Positions 29,588 to 43,580 of a DNA stretch of 64,000 bases are shown here, in pieces. Made by a program: the position numbers and the translations under genes. Each line of letters begins with the position of its first letter. Positions within the stretch are counted from its first letter, which is position 1. The DNA is from Eledone cirrhosa (taxonomy: Eukaryota). The DNA is taken from contig OZ024743.1 in the NCBI GenBank assembly GCA_964016885.1, forward strand, positions 108,252,001 through 108,316,000. The letters are read 5' to 3'. Below the pieces are notes generated by a model. It searched no databases and had not been told where the DNA came from. It saw only the letters and a program-made list of their open reading frames with translations.

Positions 29588-30177
29588 TAAACAAATAATG
29601 AATAAAACAATGAAACAGTTCCTTATATTAAACAAAAAAAGTTCATTATTTAACGATCGTTTCTAGGATATATATGTGTTAGAATTGGCATGCATATTCA
29701 ACAGATCTATGTACAAAATTATACAAAATTATACAAACTATCAAGATTAAATATACATACCAAACACACATATACGCCGTCTTCAGAAATAATGAAATAT
29801 ATTTATTGATAATAACAACAATTCAAAATTTCAGGTCCGTTTGGGAACAGAGTTCAAAATTGACCAATGAAAATACAAAAGGTTTTATGCAGTTTGGTGT
29901 GTGTATATACATGTAACTAACCCCGTACACATATTTATACAAAGATGTATACTCAACATGCATACGCATGCCAAAAAGATGCATGCAAATACAAAATTTC
30001 AAGGCTAATGTCTCTGTAAGTTTATAATGCACAGATAAAATGCGTATAGACACATAAATATGAAATAAGTGTATACATATATTCCCATACTCACACATAT
30101 CCGTATATATATATATATATACACACACACATATATATATACATTTGTATGTCTATGTATGCGTATATATATATATG

Positions 30178-30286
<109 letters not shown>

Positions 30287-30309
30287 ATGTGTATATATAT
30301 ATATATATA

Positions 30310-30994
30310 GTTTTGCGACGTTTTTTATATGAAATCGTGTGTCGAAACAGATATTGTTATATTTGGGGAGGGTCATATTTGCGTAATATTGCCAGAATTA
30401 ATAACAGAACACACTCACTGTTTGGTTGGTTTTCGCTTCTCGCTGTCTTTTATATATATATATCTGCGATCTAACTTACTCGGTCCTCAATGTTGCTATT
30501 GACTGACCGGCGGTCAAAAATAATACAGATACGATATAGACAAACACATATATATATAGTTTACATAATTTACATAAATCTTTCGTTGCACATCTGCAAC
30601 ATCGTCAGTGGTGTTATATTCATTGTTCCTCCTGTTGTGTTGTATGTCTACGCCATTTTTTTTGTTCAGTCTATCTATATATTTATTTATTTATTTGCTT
30701 GTTTGTTTATCTTATTTTATTTTGTCTTCTTTGCGCATGCGTTTGCGTGTGTGTATAGTGTTATGTGTGATGTGTGACTAGTGTGTATAGTGTTGTGTCT
30801 GCTGGGTGACTAGTGTGTGTTTATGTGTAATATTTTTGACCGCCGGTCAGTCAATGGCAACATTGAGGACCGAGTAAGTTAGATCGCAGATATATATATA
30901 TAAAAGACAGCGAGAAGCGAAAACCAACCAAACAGTGAGTGTGTTCTCTTATTAATTCTGGCAATATTACGCAAATATGACCCTCCCCAAATAT

Positions 30995-31000
<6 letters not shown>
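30310..31000. mobile_element. Family D inverted-repeat element, copy 1
   Basis: About 170-bp arms 30352-30521 / 30831-31000, an ~310-bp spacer and a single-copy extension 30310-30351. (TA)n both sides. Confidence 0.8.
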
Positions 31001-31092
<92 letters not shown>

Positions 31093-31319
31093 TATATATA
31101 AGTTACATACACGCTCATTAAGCGTTCTATCTAGTCAAGGCCTGTTTCATCACCATTTTACAGCTCCATGGGTGATAATATGGGATTGCATAACTGCCAT
31201 CGATTGGTCTGCACATCGATAATTTTATTCTCAGAAACGATCATAAACCTTTATACTGTCTTCTTATTTCATGGTTTATTATATGTATGTATATATATAT
31301 ATATATATGTATATATATG

Positions 31320-31585
<266 letters not shown>

Positions 31586-31963
31586 TGTGTGTATGTATGT
31601 GTGAGTGTTTGTGTATCCTACTATTAACCCGTATTATATTAATCAACACATAAGTACCTTTTTATACTGTTATTCCCTTTATATGTACACACCCATATTT
31701 ATAATGTATATCAAATTTCTGAATGTATGTATATATGTGAGGTAGTTTAGTTCGTGTGTTTGTGTAAAGTAGTAATTTGTGTTGATGCATGTGTATAGGG
31801 CCATACAAAACATGTTTTTCCATAAACGTTATCACGGTCTTTTTTCTTTCATATAATTTTCATCTGTCAACCTGTCTCTCGACTAATTTCTATACGCCAA
31901 TCAAACCTCCCTCTCGTCCACTTTCACTTTTCCCCATATCTCTCTTATTCTTATGAACGAACG

Positions 31964-32142
31964 TGCAGTATCGGTAGAGGGTTAGGCGCCATGCTTTCTA
32001 GCATTGTTACGACCCTTTACAATCTGAATTCAAATCCCGCCGAGGTTAACTTTGCCTTTCACCCTTACGGGGTCGATAAAATAAAGTACCAGTAATGTAC
32101 TGGGTATTTGCTTGCCTTGTGCCTAAAGTAGATACAATTATT
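31964..32142 (+). mobile_element. SINE-1
   Basis: Head, B-box, core, tail. Confidence 0.9.
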
Positions 32143-32585
32143 AGTCTGTAGTCTGACAGGTACCGACTGGATTTTCCGAATGTGCCAATGTGGACATAGA
32201 TAAATCGCATTGGGTCATCTACAAACCTACATAGGATTTAATCTAGCATAGGTTGGCTACAATTCGAGCTACTCGACTACGCAGCAGATTACAAATCTGT
32301 AGACTGTGTAGTTGATCTAGATAGGCTTCACCCCGCAACTGGAAACTGAACGAGTCGTCCCGGAACGCAAAGCCTACATAGACTGGATTAGGGAATTAGT
32401 TAAATATGTGAATGGGCTTACTTTGAGTGGGTGCTTATAGATTGAAAGAAGGCATCTGGGAGGGCGTACATGCCCTGGCGGTCAGGGTGACCCTCGCAAG
32501 TGTTTCCCTCTTCCGGGCAATTTTTTGTGCTGTTTTCTTCTTGCATCCTTTGTTTTTGTTTTATGTTTGTTTTTACACACATGGA
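32143..32585 (+). mobile_element. Deleted Tx1/L1-clade LINE fragment
   Basis: DRYRLDFPNVPMWT..., DLDRLH, WKLN.S, YIDWIRELVK joined to the ORF2 end VNGLTLSGCL*. The 3' UTR (GCGGTCAGGGTG) is shared with 48700-48720. Confidence 0.65.
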
Positions 32586-32799
32586 CATATATTCATATAT
32601 ACATACACACTTTCATGCATACATACATAAAGACGTACATTTATGTATACATACATACATACATACATACATACATACATACATACATACATACATACAT
32701 ACATACATACATACAGACAGACATACATACATGCACACACATATACGTACACATGCATTTATACATACATACATACATGCAACCATACATACATACATA

Positions 32800-33115
32800 C
32801 ATGATGATGATGGCTGCCCCCTCGTTATCGAGTATGGACATTGCACGATATACCATTTTTAATAATTATTAATTAATTCTATCATGCAATGCCTGTGCGT
32901 GAAGTTATTTTTTAAAGTGAGGAAAGACTGTGCACTGAGCCAATCCCACTCTCTGAGCGACACTAGCTATAACCTGTAAAGAAGAAAAGTTCAACATCAT
33001 CGGTAACTACTGAGCCGCAGGTTTTATATCGGAGTTATCCCAGTTTCCTGAGTTGCTTTCTCCTAGAAGAATGCCCTGACAAAGGCTAGGGGTCCTTCAT
33101 TCCCAGTGGTTTAAC
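32800..33115 (-). mobile_element. Second, further deleted copy of the RTE-derived element
   Basis: Aligns with 41150-41370 and 41540-41580. (CAT)n tail; embedded in (ATAC)n. Confidence 0.65.
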
Positions 33116-33136
33116 ATACATACATACATACATACA

Positions 33137-33170
<34 letters not shown>

Positions 33171-33335
33171 CATACATACATATATACACACATACATATA
33201 TACATACATATACGTTCAAGAATTAAGGGTTATTTTTATACACCGAAGATGTTCCAACAGTGTAGACAAGGCAAATGATTGATTGCTTCATGTACACATA
33301 TTGGGAAGGAGATACACATTTGTGTGGGAATGATT

Positions 33336-33399
<64 letters not shown>

Positions 33400-33704
33400 G
33401 CATGAAGATGATGATGATACAATATACATAGATAAAAAAACAAGGTGTGTTGCTGTGTAAAAGATTGTTACGAAAAACTGAAAAACACAAGAATAGAGAA
33501 GTGTGTAGTCTATGTCGGGGAGGTGGGGCATAAAACATCTGCAAAGTTGTAGCTTAACAAGGGTAATTAGTGACTTGTCTTTCGTTCCGGCGAGAATTCC
33601 GTGGCGAGAAAATGATCGGAACGAGACATCAACAGCAAAACAAGTCAGGTGGGAGATAAAAATTATACAAGGCGAAAAGCAAAACAAATTAGATACATAC
33701 ACAC

Positions 33705-33706
<2 letters not shown>

Positions 33707-33735
<29 letters not shown>

Positions 33736-33935
33736 TGTATGTATGTATGTATGTATGTATGTATGTATGCATGTATGTATGTATGTATGTATGTGTGTAT
33801 GTGTGTATGCATGCTTGTATCTATGTATGCATGTATTTATCTATGTATGTATGCATGTATGTACGTCTGTATGTATGTATGTATGTATGTACGTCTGTAT
33901 ATATGTATGTACGTATGTACGTATGTATGTGTACG
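33707..33935. repeat. (ATGT)n microsatellite (inverse (ATAC)n arrays at 32647-32800 and 33115-33210)
   Basis: Direct reading. Confidence 0.95.
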
Positions 33936-33936
33936 T

Positions 33937-33993
<57 letters not shown>

Positions 33994-34114
33994 TGTGTGA
34001 TTGTGTACGTGTGTCACATACTTTAACACTCTTACTCCCGTAGAAGGTTCGGTTATACGGAGCTATAATTGCACAGCTTAAACATAACCCGTATTACCCA
34101 TGTGTGCGTGTCAA

Positions 34115-34393
34115 GAGGAGAGTAAGTCTGCATCGAGCCTGTAGGCTCATGAGGCCTGTGTTTATCCGGCTTTCCGTGGCATGAAGCAACTGAGAGTACA
34201 AGACTCTCCCACGGACAAGACGCCAGGCCATTGCAGGGTGTAACGCCCAGGTATTGCTGGTACACATCTGCAGCTCACTATAAGAGCTCAACGTTAAATA
34301 AAGTGTTTTGATGAAGAACACAACACACAACCCGGTCCGGGAATCGACCATACGACATTATAGTAAGCCCAACACTATTTTCACTGGGCCATG
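34115..34393 (-). mobile_element. SINE-2 (tRNA head + CORE-like central domain)
   Basis: TGGCCCAGTG..GGTCGATTCCCG..TGTGTTCTT..CACTTTATT..CCCTGCAATGGCCTGGCGTC..CAGTTGCTTCATGC. Relatives at 55315-55502 (+), 56805-56940 (+), 56980-57120 (-). Confidence 0.7.
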
Positions 34394-34693
34394 AAAATAG
34401 ATTTACTGATTTCAATGATTCCAGTGGTGATTAGAGTTTTATTTGAATGATGATCGTATAGATCTCAATATAACTTTTTTAGTCTTACATTTCGTTTTTG
34501 ACCTACATTTCACGAACACGTTACAAGAAATACCAGAAAACAAATTTAACTTGCACCGAACACATTATATATTTATATATATTGAAAACGCAGCTACGTT
34601 TCACATAAAGTTCTTTATACATAGTTTCAATTATACATAATTTCTGTCAAATAATTTTCACTTAAAATACTGATGAACCGGGAATGATAACAT

Positions 34694-35002
34694 ATAATTG
34701 TTTCTACTTTTGGCACTAGGCCAGCAATTATCCCAGTGCATTACTGGCACTTTATGTTAACGACCCCGTAAGGATGAAAGGCAAAGTTAACCTCGGCGAG
34801 ATTTGAACTCAGGCTTAAATGGACGTAACTCTATGTGGAAAGCATGACGTACGACCCTCTACCGATACTGCCAATCCATCTTGATAAAATATAATTGTTT
34901 CTACTTTTGGCACAATGCCAGTAATTATCCTAGTGTATTATATTTTATCGACCCCATAAGGATGAAAGACAAAGTTAACCCCGGCGTGATTTGAACTCAG
35001 AA
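34694..35002 (-). mobile_element. Two tandem SINE-1 copies (34694-34878, 34891-35002)
   Basis: Reverse complement core and tail present twice. Confidence 0.88.
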
Positions 35003-35943
35003 AACCAATTACGGGTATCCCAAATTGTTGAGCTTATGCCAATGTTAAACTCATCATCATAATTATCATTATCATCATCATAATTATTATTGAGTGGTAT
35101 GGTGGCATGGCAACATCGATACTTATTCAGTTATGTTCCTTTACTATCTTCTTTCAAGTATTGTTGAGTTTGAATTTCTATTGAATCTTTTGTGAGAGGT
35201 GTACTTGTGATATTCACGGGTCATATAAGTAACAGTGTGCTTATATTAGCGGAGATAAACATACAGTGATAGTAACATATGTGGATGGACTATTGAAGAG
35301 AGAGAGAGAGAGAGAGAGAGATGAAGGGAAAGAAATGAGAGAGTGGGGAAATATGATGTGTGTGGAAGATAGAAACAGAAAGACAACATCGGTGAAAGGG
35401 AGAGAGAGTGATGGAGGAATAAATGAGGGAGATAACAATAGTGATATATAGTTAGAGGTAGACAAACAAAGAGAAAGAATACAAGTCACAAAGAACAGTT
35501 AAAGTTAGATTACAGAGGAGTACTATGTGTCTTGGACAGAAACAGACATAAGCAATCAAGTAGAGCAAGGACATTTCCAGACTTAACTCATTAAAAACTG
35601 GAGGGTATTCCAGTGAAAAATGTGGAAGAAGTATTCAGAGATAAAGGATACGTGATATATAAATAGGAATAAACATACTGCAATGTGTGTCCCTGCTGAA
35701 TCTAATAATACCATCAATATATGGCTTTGTTTTAATCTTCCTAGCTGCACCCTAAAGAAGATTGAAAGGGAAAAGGCAGTATTTAATCCCCCCCCACGTG
35801 TTTACGTTGCTAATGTATCGTCTCCCACCGTTGCCATCTCCATTTCTGTGGATAGAGGGCGCTTGACAATGAAAACTCATTTCTCATCGTTTATGTCAAT
35901 TTGTATTCGATTAGTTCCAATTCTTCCCCTGTTTATCTCCATG

Positions 35944-35974
<31 letters not shown>

Positions 35975-36006
35975 TAGATAGATAGATAGATAGATAGAGA
36001 GAGAAA

Positions 36007-36124
<118 letters not shown>

Positions 36125-36589
36125 TAGAAAGAAAGAAATAGGTAGAGAGAAAAGGAAAAGGATTTGCCCCAGATAAAATCCGGTAATCTACATTCATATG
36201 TCCATTCTTATTAAATCACAATATTTGTTCTATATTGTAATAGTTAAGGAAATGGGGAAGTCCGAAGGGTTATAACGTTAGAAACTGTTTGGTTGGAAAT
36301 GAACGCATATAGAATATGTTTATGTTCAATAAACATACCCACGTCTTGCTGAGATTATTTTAAGCTGTGATTATATAACATCCTCAGTATCGGTTTCAGG
36401 ATTATATACGCATCCCGTGAATATTACCTTTCATCAGTAATGATTACTTACTACAGAATACTTAAGTGTTGATGTTTATAACTCCTTATATATTTTACAG
36501 GTGAATCCTTTTCATGATAGCACATTTAAATTTATCTCATATATCCAAATGTTTGTATCTCGCCTCATAGCCTGAGTGTATATATTCTC

Positions 36590-36960
36590 AAATGTATACA
36601 TATTTCAGGGTAACAAGAAGTCGTGCATTGATCCCATACTCCTGTAGGACCTTCAACAGCAAGTCACGTAGAATGCTTTGATGTACCTTTCCGAGTTCTA
36701 CAAAACAAAAATGCACCTCTTTGCAATATTCCCACGATTTCTCGAATACCCGCCACTGTGTGAATATTTGTTCGGTAGCTCACCGTCCGGAGCGAAAACC
36801 ACAATGTTCGTCAACTGGCTCGGGCGTTTTTGCTGTATCTGCTGCGAATTTCTGTGCCTGTTATTATCGCAAATGCAAGAGTAACTTCTCCAAACCAAGC
36901 TTTGTAAGCCTCCTTCTTTCCATTAAAGGCATCTTTGACTTCCAATATAACCTAATTTAT
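36590..36960 (-). mobile_element. RTE-clade reverse transcriptase fragment
   Basis: EHCGFRSGR*ATEQIFTQWRVFEKSWEYCKEVHFCFVELGK..LKVLQEYGI, with EVKDAFNGKKEAYKAW upstream. Confidence 0.8.
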
Positions 36961-37129
36961 TCCCTAAATATTAATTGTTCGCCCTCATTCAATGATAAAA
37001 GTAAATAGTGGTAATGTTGATGCCAGGGCCAGTTCAGTTCTACTTTTAACTAAACGGCTACCTCAATGAAATCTGCCTGGACAATGTCTTCCAACCTGTA
37101 GAAAACCTGGAATAATCCGTATCTTAGTT

Positions 37130-37320
37130 TCAACACCCTGAATAGAGAATGCATTATTTCTGAGTATAGCGAGTGACACGCGTTGAAATAGTCGTTTCAA
37201 ATCGCGGGGTTGACTCCTGAAGGTAGCCAACTCCACTCCATTAGCAGTGCCTGTGTGTATGAGGGAGTTGTAAGGGCCTTGAACGCCAAATATCACAACC
37301 TCTATACATTTGGAGTCCAA
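37130..37320 (-). mobile_element. CRE-clade RLE C-terminal fragment
   Basis: IEVVIFGVQG...RLFQRVSLAILRNNAFSI resembles the CRE motif ET.G..G...QR.S.AIQRGNA. Confidence 0.6.
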
Positions 37321-37787
37321 GAAAGCCTACATTTTCCACTGTGATAGGTTCAACGAAAATCCAATGAAATTGCGACCGATATTTCATCAGTAAACGATTC
37401 ACAGGTTAGTAATAATCAGCAGTAACTACTGTTGGCTTTAACCTATATATTGTACATCAGTTAATTCTCCAATGACTTTTCACTGCTTTGTGTTTGTTTC
37501 ACCTCGGTCTGACCTTAGCTTTTGTCACTTCAAATTCCACCAAAATTCTTCTTAGAAGACGTCTATGTGCGTTGTTGTTTGTATTCCTGTTTATACACAT
37601 ATCAGACTGTCAATGTTTCACACTAACTCTCTATATATACATGAATACACCCCCCTACACACATACATACACACACACATATATATATAGTTGAAATTGA
37701 ACGAACAAAACACAGGAGACAATTGTACACAGTTATATTAGGTTCATATATATTTAGGTGCATGTGTACGTGTCTACGTGTGTGTAT

Positions 37788-37906
<119 letters not shown>

Positions 37907-37917
37907 TATAATATAAT

Positions 37918-38096
37918 ATAATTGTTTCTACGTTAGGCACAAGGCCAGCAAAAACCCAGTGCATTACTGGTACTTTATTTTATCGACCCCGTAAGGATGA
38001 AAGGCAAAGTTAACCTTGGCGGGATTTGAACTCAGAATGGCAAGGGCCGTAACTCTATACATCAAAGCATGGCGTCCGACCCTCTACGAATACTCT
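37918..38096 (-). mobile_element. SINE-1 at the outer edge of the family F arm
   Basis: Near-consensus copy with AATATAATATAAT on both sides. Confidence 0.9.
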
Positions 38097-38106
38097 ACTA
38101 ATATAA

Positions 38107-40265
38107 TATAATGAAATAACATGAGGCTGGATTTGTGTAAATCCTTGAAAGGTTTATTATACTATGATCATTTCAATGACCGGGTTCCGTATGAATCCGG
38201 TGATATCATCAGGTATTCAAAATATAATACGTGAATGTAATAGATAAAATCCATGGGGCTGAAAATCTAGGACCCGAGGGCGACCGCTATCTTGCACCCT
38301 CTACCTTAGCCGGTCGCCCTCGAGTGACGTGGCTACTACCGATCTTGAACTATCCATTTACCCGACTCTTGTCTTTTTATTTATATCTTTATATCTTTAT
38401 TTGCTGTATTAATGCTTTTCCACGTATTCTACCTCTATACATCCATGAACTTTTACTTCACTTATTCGGACTTTTACTCGCATGTACCCTTAGCACACGA
38501 CACTGGAATGTCTCCCCCTGGGAACATTAATACTGTAACCTGAACTATATTGTACTTCTACTATGTCTTGTTTTCTCCATCTTACTCCACCACCTCTCTT
38601 GTTGGTTTATTTATATATTTATATTTATGTATTGATATATTTATATACTTATACCTTTGCTTTATCAATGCGCTCTTCCACGTATTCCACTTCTATGTAT
38701 CCATGTATTTCTACTCCTCCTACTGGGACTTTTGCTCACTTGTACCCATTAGCACTTGACACTAGAATGTCTCCCCATGAGAACAAACAAATATTACCCG
38801 ACTATATCCCGTACTCTACATCCCACTAGGATAAATTATAGATCTACATAATACAATTAACGTCTCTTCATAAAAGACTCTCTTTAATTAAACCCCGCAA
38901 CCCAAAACCTCATAGTGTTTTTCTTAAATGTTTGATTTTCAATTTTCAATCTTCTTACTCTTTAATGTTATAATGTTATTCTGAATTCCTTCAACTTCAT
39001 CCTATAAATTTAAACTATATTTTAAAGTTCCAACTTTCTGTCGGACTGCTGGGTGGGTTTTAATGGAGGCGCGACCAGCCCCCTGAAACAAGGGCCTACC
39101 TTGAGTGTTTGGAAAAATAAATTTCCCCTTCTTTCGGTAAATGAAAATACTCGGAGTGGCTTAATTCGCCCCGGGGAGCCCGGAGCGCGGCCGGTTTTTT
39201 AACCGCCACATAGTACCTTTAAATTACAGATCAAATCAGAACTATTAGATATATCAACCTTTAAATGTTAAACTGTTTAACTTTAAATTTTCTAATGTCT
39301 TTGATATTAATTATTAATCTTTGACTTCATCCTATAAGTCTAAACAAAAACGTAACGTTTCAATCTTCTGCTCACACATTATAACACACTGACCCACCAC
39401 TATATTCACCTCTGCTAAGATACGGGTCCCTGTGAACATTTTCTCGCGCCACTCCTGGCCTGACTGTAGTCTGACATTAATATCGACCTTTCTTCCTCTT
39501 TCTTTCTATCTTCCCTCTTGTAGCCATCAACCCTTACTCTTCTACTTCTTCCTTTTCTTCCTTCTTTACTCCCCTCATTCTGTTTTCCTTCCGCAGACTT
39601 ATCTTCCTTCCCCCTTTTTGTTCACCTATATCTGACCAGTAGTAGTTGTTTAGATACGGGTCCCGTAGAATAAAAATTTCTTCGCAACAATCCTGGCCTG
39701 TCTGTAATACCGACCTTCCCTCCTCTTTATTTCTGTCTTTCTTCTTATAGCTGACATTAACCCTGGCTTCTCTTCTTCTTCCTTCCCCCTTCTTCTCTCT
39801 CCTTCCTTTCTTTCTCTCTTTTGTCTTGTAACTTATGTTCCCATCCCTTTCTGTTTTCCTTTATCTGACCGGTAGTAGCACACTGTGAGCTTTAGCCACG
39901 TCACTCGTGGGCGAGCGGCTAAGGTAGATGGTGCAAGATAGGGGTCGCCCTCGGGTCCTAGATTTTCAGCCCCATGGATTTTATCTACTACATTCACGTA
40001 TTATATTTCGAATACCTCATGATATCACCGGATTCATACGGAACCCGGTCATTGAAATGATCATAGTATCATAAACCTTTCAAGGATTTACACAAATCCA
40101 GCCTCCTGTCATTTCATTATAATATTTAACTCAGTAATAGCACCACCAACTACAAAAACAAAGAGGGTTGAACTTCTTTACGTTGAGTACTCTCTATATT
40201 ATTACATTACGATTGACCATACGGAATAGACCAGCTCTATACAGTGGTGAACCTCAAACCTGAAT
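38107..40265 (+). mobile_element. ~2.1-kb element with 229-bp inverted arms, family F (putative non-autonomous PLE)
   Basis: Arms 38107-38335 / 39893-40121 and a single-copy tail 40122-~40265 ending in (TA)n. Internal tandem duplications; no intact ORF. Confidence 0.8.
38159..38216 (-). ncRNA. Type-I hammerhead ribozyme motif (mirror 40012-40069 +, with G5>C)
   Basis: ATAC-CTGATGA-TATCACCGGATTCATACGGAACCCGGTCATT-GAAAT-GATC-ATA^-GTAT. Stem I ATAC/GTAT, stem II ACCGG/CCGGT, palindromic GATC loop on stem III. Confidence 0.75.
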
Positions 40266-40267
40266 AA

Positions 40268-40601
<334 letters not shown>

Positions 40602-40603
<2 letters not shown>

Positions 40604-40786
40604 CGTAGAAATTGTGTTAAGGAAGCAGGTAGACCAGAACGCACCAAAGTACTCAATACTTAGGGTAGTCGAGTGTGTAATAGGAACAAGTATGACCCCG
40701 ACATCAGACCTCAACGCGTTTCGACGGCTATTTCTAGAACTAGCCGTCGAAACACCTTGAGCTCTGACGTCGGGGTCTTACTTGTT

Positions 40787-40791
<5 letters not shown>
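40602..40791 (-). mobile_element. Family C copy 2, fold-back
   Basis: 56-bp arms 40680-40735 / 40736-40791 centred on TTCTAGAA, with a 78-bp tail 40602-40679. (TA)n flanks. Confidence 0.85.
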
Positions 40792-40851
<60 letters not shown>

Positions 40852-40977
40852 TCAGCTGTCTATTTGTGCGGTGCGTGCGTGTGGATTGACTAGAAATATA
40901 TCAATATATGTGTATATTTACACACGTATAACTTTGTATGTATATATGTGTGTATCTATGGATGTATGCATGTATGT

Positions 40978-41577
40978 CTCTTAAGAGCTCCTTTGCCCTT
41001 TGACAGGTTTTGTTTTTAGTCCTGCAGGATGTCCAAAGTCACCCTCCTCACCAAGAAACCTTGGTGGGGTTGCCAGTTTAGTCGCTAACGACCCGACCAC
41101 TAGGCAAAGGAGCTCTTAAGAGTCAATGGCCATCCAAAATCACCGGGAGAGATGACCCCTTAGCCTTTGTCAAGGCCTCTGACAAGGCCTTTGTCAAGGC
41201 AGAATTCTAGGAGGAGGAAAACTCTGATATAACACCTGCAACCCTGATGGTATCCAATGATGTTGACTTGTTCTTCTTTTTGGTAAATATCATCTTGGTT
41301 AAGAGAGTGGGACTGGCTTTGTGCAGTGCCTTTGCTCACTATAAAAGCTTCACAGCACAGGCATTGCTTCATCTCTGGAGATCTCTTTGCACTTGTCCTC
41401 ACATGGTACCATGGGCCCAGCACTATGTGTCAATAATTGTCACAAGTGTAGTGTTTGTACCAGAGTTTTCAAGTCGCTGGCTGAACTAAAAAGTCACACT
41501 CGTTCAGCGCTTCGGTAGGGGTTCTCCTACATGGATATAAAGTAGTGGCCGTACTCGAAAACGAGTTGGCAGCCACC
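40978..41577 (+). mobile_element. Non-autonomous RTE-derived bipartite element
   Basis: 12-bp TSD ATGCATGTATGT (40966-40977 / 41578-41589). An RTE-like 5' UTR is fused to a C-terminal zinc-finger remnant CSVCTRVFKSLAELKSHTR (stop 41518). Homolog at 32800-33115. Confidence 0.65.
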
Positions 41578-41760
41578 ATGCATGTATGTATGTGTGTATA
41601 TATGTATGCACGTATGCATGTATGCATGTGTATATGTATTATGTGGGAATACATCTATATATATATATATATATATAATGCGATGAAATACCAATGATGG
41701 TTGGAAAATCACTGACGAAGGACTATTTTTATCATATGTAACCCATGTGTAAACCACGCA

Positions 41761-41857
<97 letters not shown>

Positions 41858-42184
41858 CTAGCACATACTTCGAATTGCGTTTTCGTGTCAGAGCAATCCA
41901 TTATAAGAAATATATAGCAAGTCGAAATAGACAGAAGTGCCTCGTTTTCACTTTGATTCCAGCTCATATACTAAATAGATTAGGACTGTTTACAGCCACG
42001 AATTCATTGAGATGGTTAAATTTTAAGTGTTCACTAATTCGGATTCTCCTGTCAACTGTACTGTGTGTCGTTCGTTGTTAACAGACGCAGTCCAGGCGCT
42101 GGTGTGGATGCGCTGTAATGTTGAGCAGATGGATTCATGTATATGATGTGATTGTTTGAGTGTATGTGTTTCTAGTAGAATAAT

Positions 42185-42365
42185 TGTTTCTACTTTAGGC
42201 ACAAGGCCAGCAAATTACCCAGTGCATTACTGGTACTTTATTTTATCGACCCCGTAAGGATGAAAGGCAAAGTCAACCTCGGCGGGATTTGAACTCAGAT
42301 CATAAAGGGACGTAACTATGCTGGAAAGCATGGCGTCCGACCCTCTACCGATACTGCCAATCCAC
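42185..42365 (-). mobile_element. SINE-1
   Basis: Full length; TSD TAGAATAAT (42176-42184 / 42366-42374). Confidence 0.9.
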
Positions 42366-42496
42366 TAGAATAATAAACGCCTGTATGTGACGCTCATTTA
42401 ATATTTGTGTTTATCTTATGCCAATGGGCATATATGATTGTATGTGTATATAATATATTATATATGGATATATATATATATATAAACACACACACG

Positions 42497-42548
<52 letters not shown>

Positions 42549-42649
42549 GTGTTTGTGTATGTGTGTGTATATATGTATGTATATATATATATATATATAT
42601 ATAATATGTGTCAGTGTATGTGTGCGTGTATATATATATATATATATAC

Positions 42650-42820
42650 AATTGTTTCTACTTTTGGCACAATGTCAGCAAATATCCCAGTGCATTTCAG
42701 GTACTTTATTTTATCGACCCCGTAAGGATGAAAGGCAAAGTTAACCTTGGGGGAATTTGAACTCAGAATGGCAAGGGCCAAGCATCAAACCATGATGTCC
42801 GATCCTCTACCGATATTGCA
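42650..42820 (-). mobile_element. SINE-1
   Basis: Core, tail and deleted head. Confidence 0.88.
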
Positions 42821-42835
42821 AGTGAAGACATTCAC

Positions 42836-43226
42836 ATAATCAAAATATATATTTTATTATATATATTTCAAAGGTACTGTGCTGTTTTTTCAGTACGTGC
42901 TCGTCAGATAAAATACATGAATTGATATATGTCATACCTCAACGGTCTTGAAGGTTCATTTCAATTATTGACTGCCAATACTGGAATTGAACCATCAAAG
43001 CCGTTGTGGTATGTCATACATCAATTCATGTATTTTATCTGACGAGGACGTACTGAAAAAACAGCACGGTACCTTCGAAATATATATAATAAAACATATA
43101 TTTTGATTATTTTATTAATATTCTGAATAATATTAATAACTCCAGAAATCTTTTTTGTAGAGTGCTTTTAATCTATTGTAAAACTATATTCATTGAGAAA
43201 TTAATGAACCATATTAATCTTTGGTT
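42836..43226 (+). mobile_element. Fold-back hammerhead element, family E (relative of B)
   Basis: 135-bp arms 42836-42970 / 42976-43110, a 5-nt loop and an ~115-bp tail ending in (TA)n. Hammerhead 43031-43098: TATTTTAT CTGACGA..GTACTG/CGGTAC..GAAAT ATAT ATA ATAAAA. Confidence 0.8.
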
Positions 43227-43401
43227 ATATATATATATATATAACCATGTGTGTATATATGTGTATACATGTATTGGTGTGCGCGTCTGCGTGTTTGCGT
43301 ATGCTTGCAAAGGCTTGCAACGCTAAATAGTTATGAATACGAGTCATGTCTATTCTCTCATTTGAAAGTGCCTTAGTTTACTAATGAGTGTAATTAAGCG
43401 A

Positions 43402-43468
<67 letters not shown>

Positions 43469-43524
43469 AAAATGGAACGGGAACACAACAGAGAGGCAGT
43501 ACGAACAAAGGTTTATTAGTTTCA

Positions 43525-43580
<56 letters not shown>

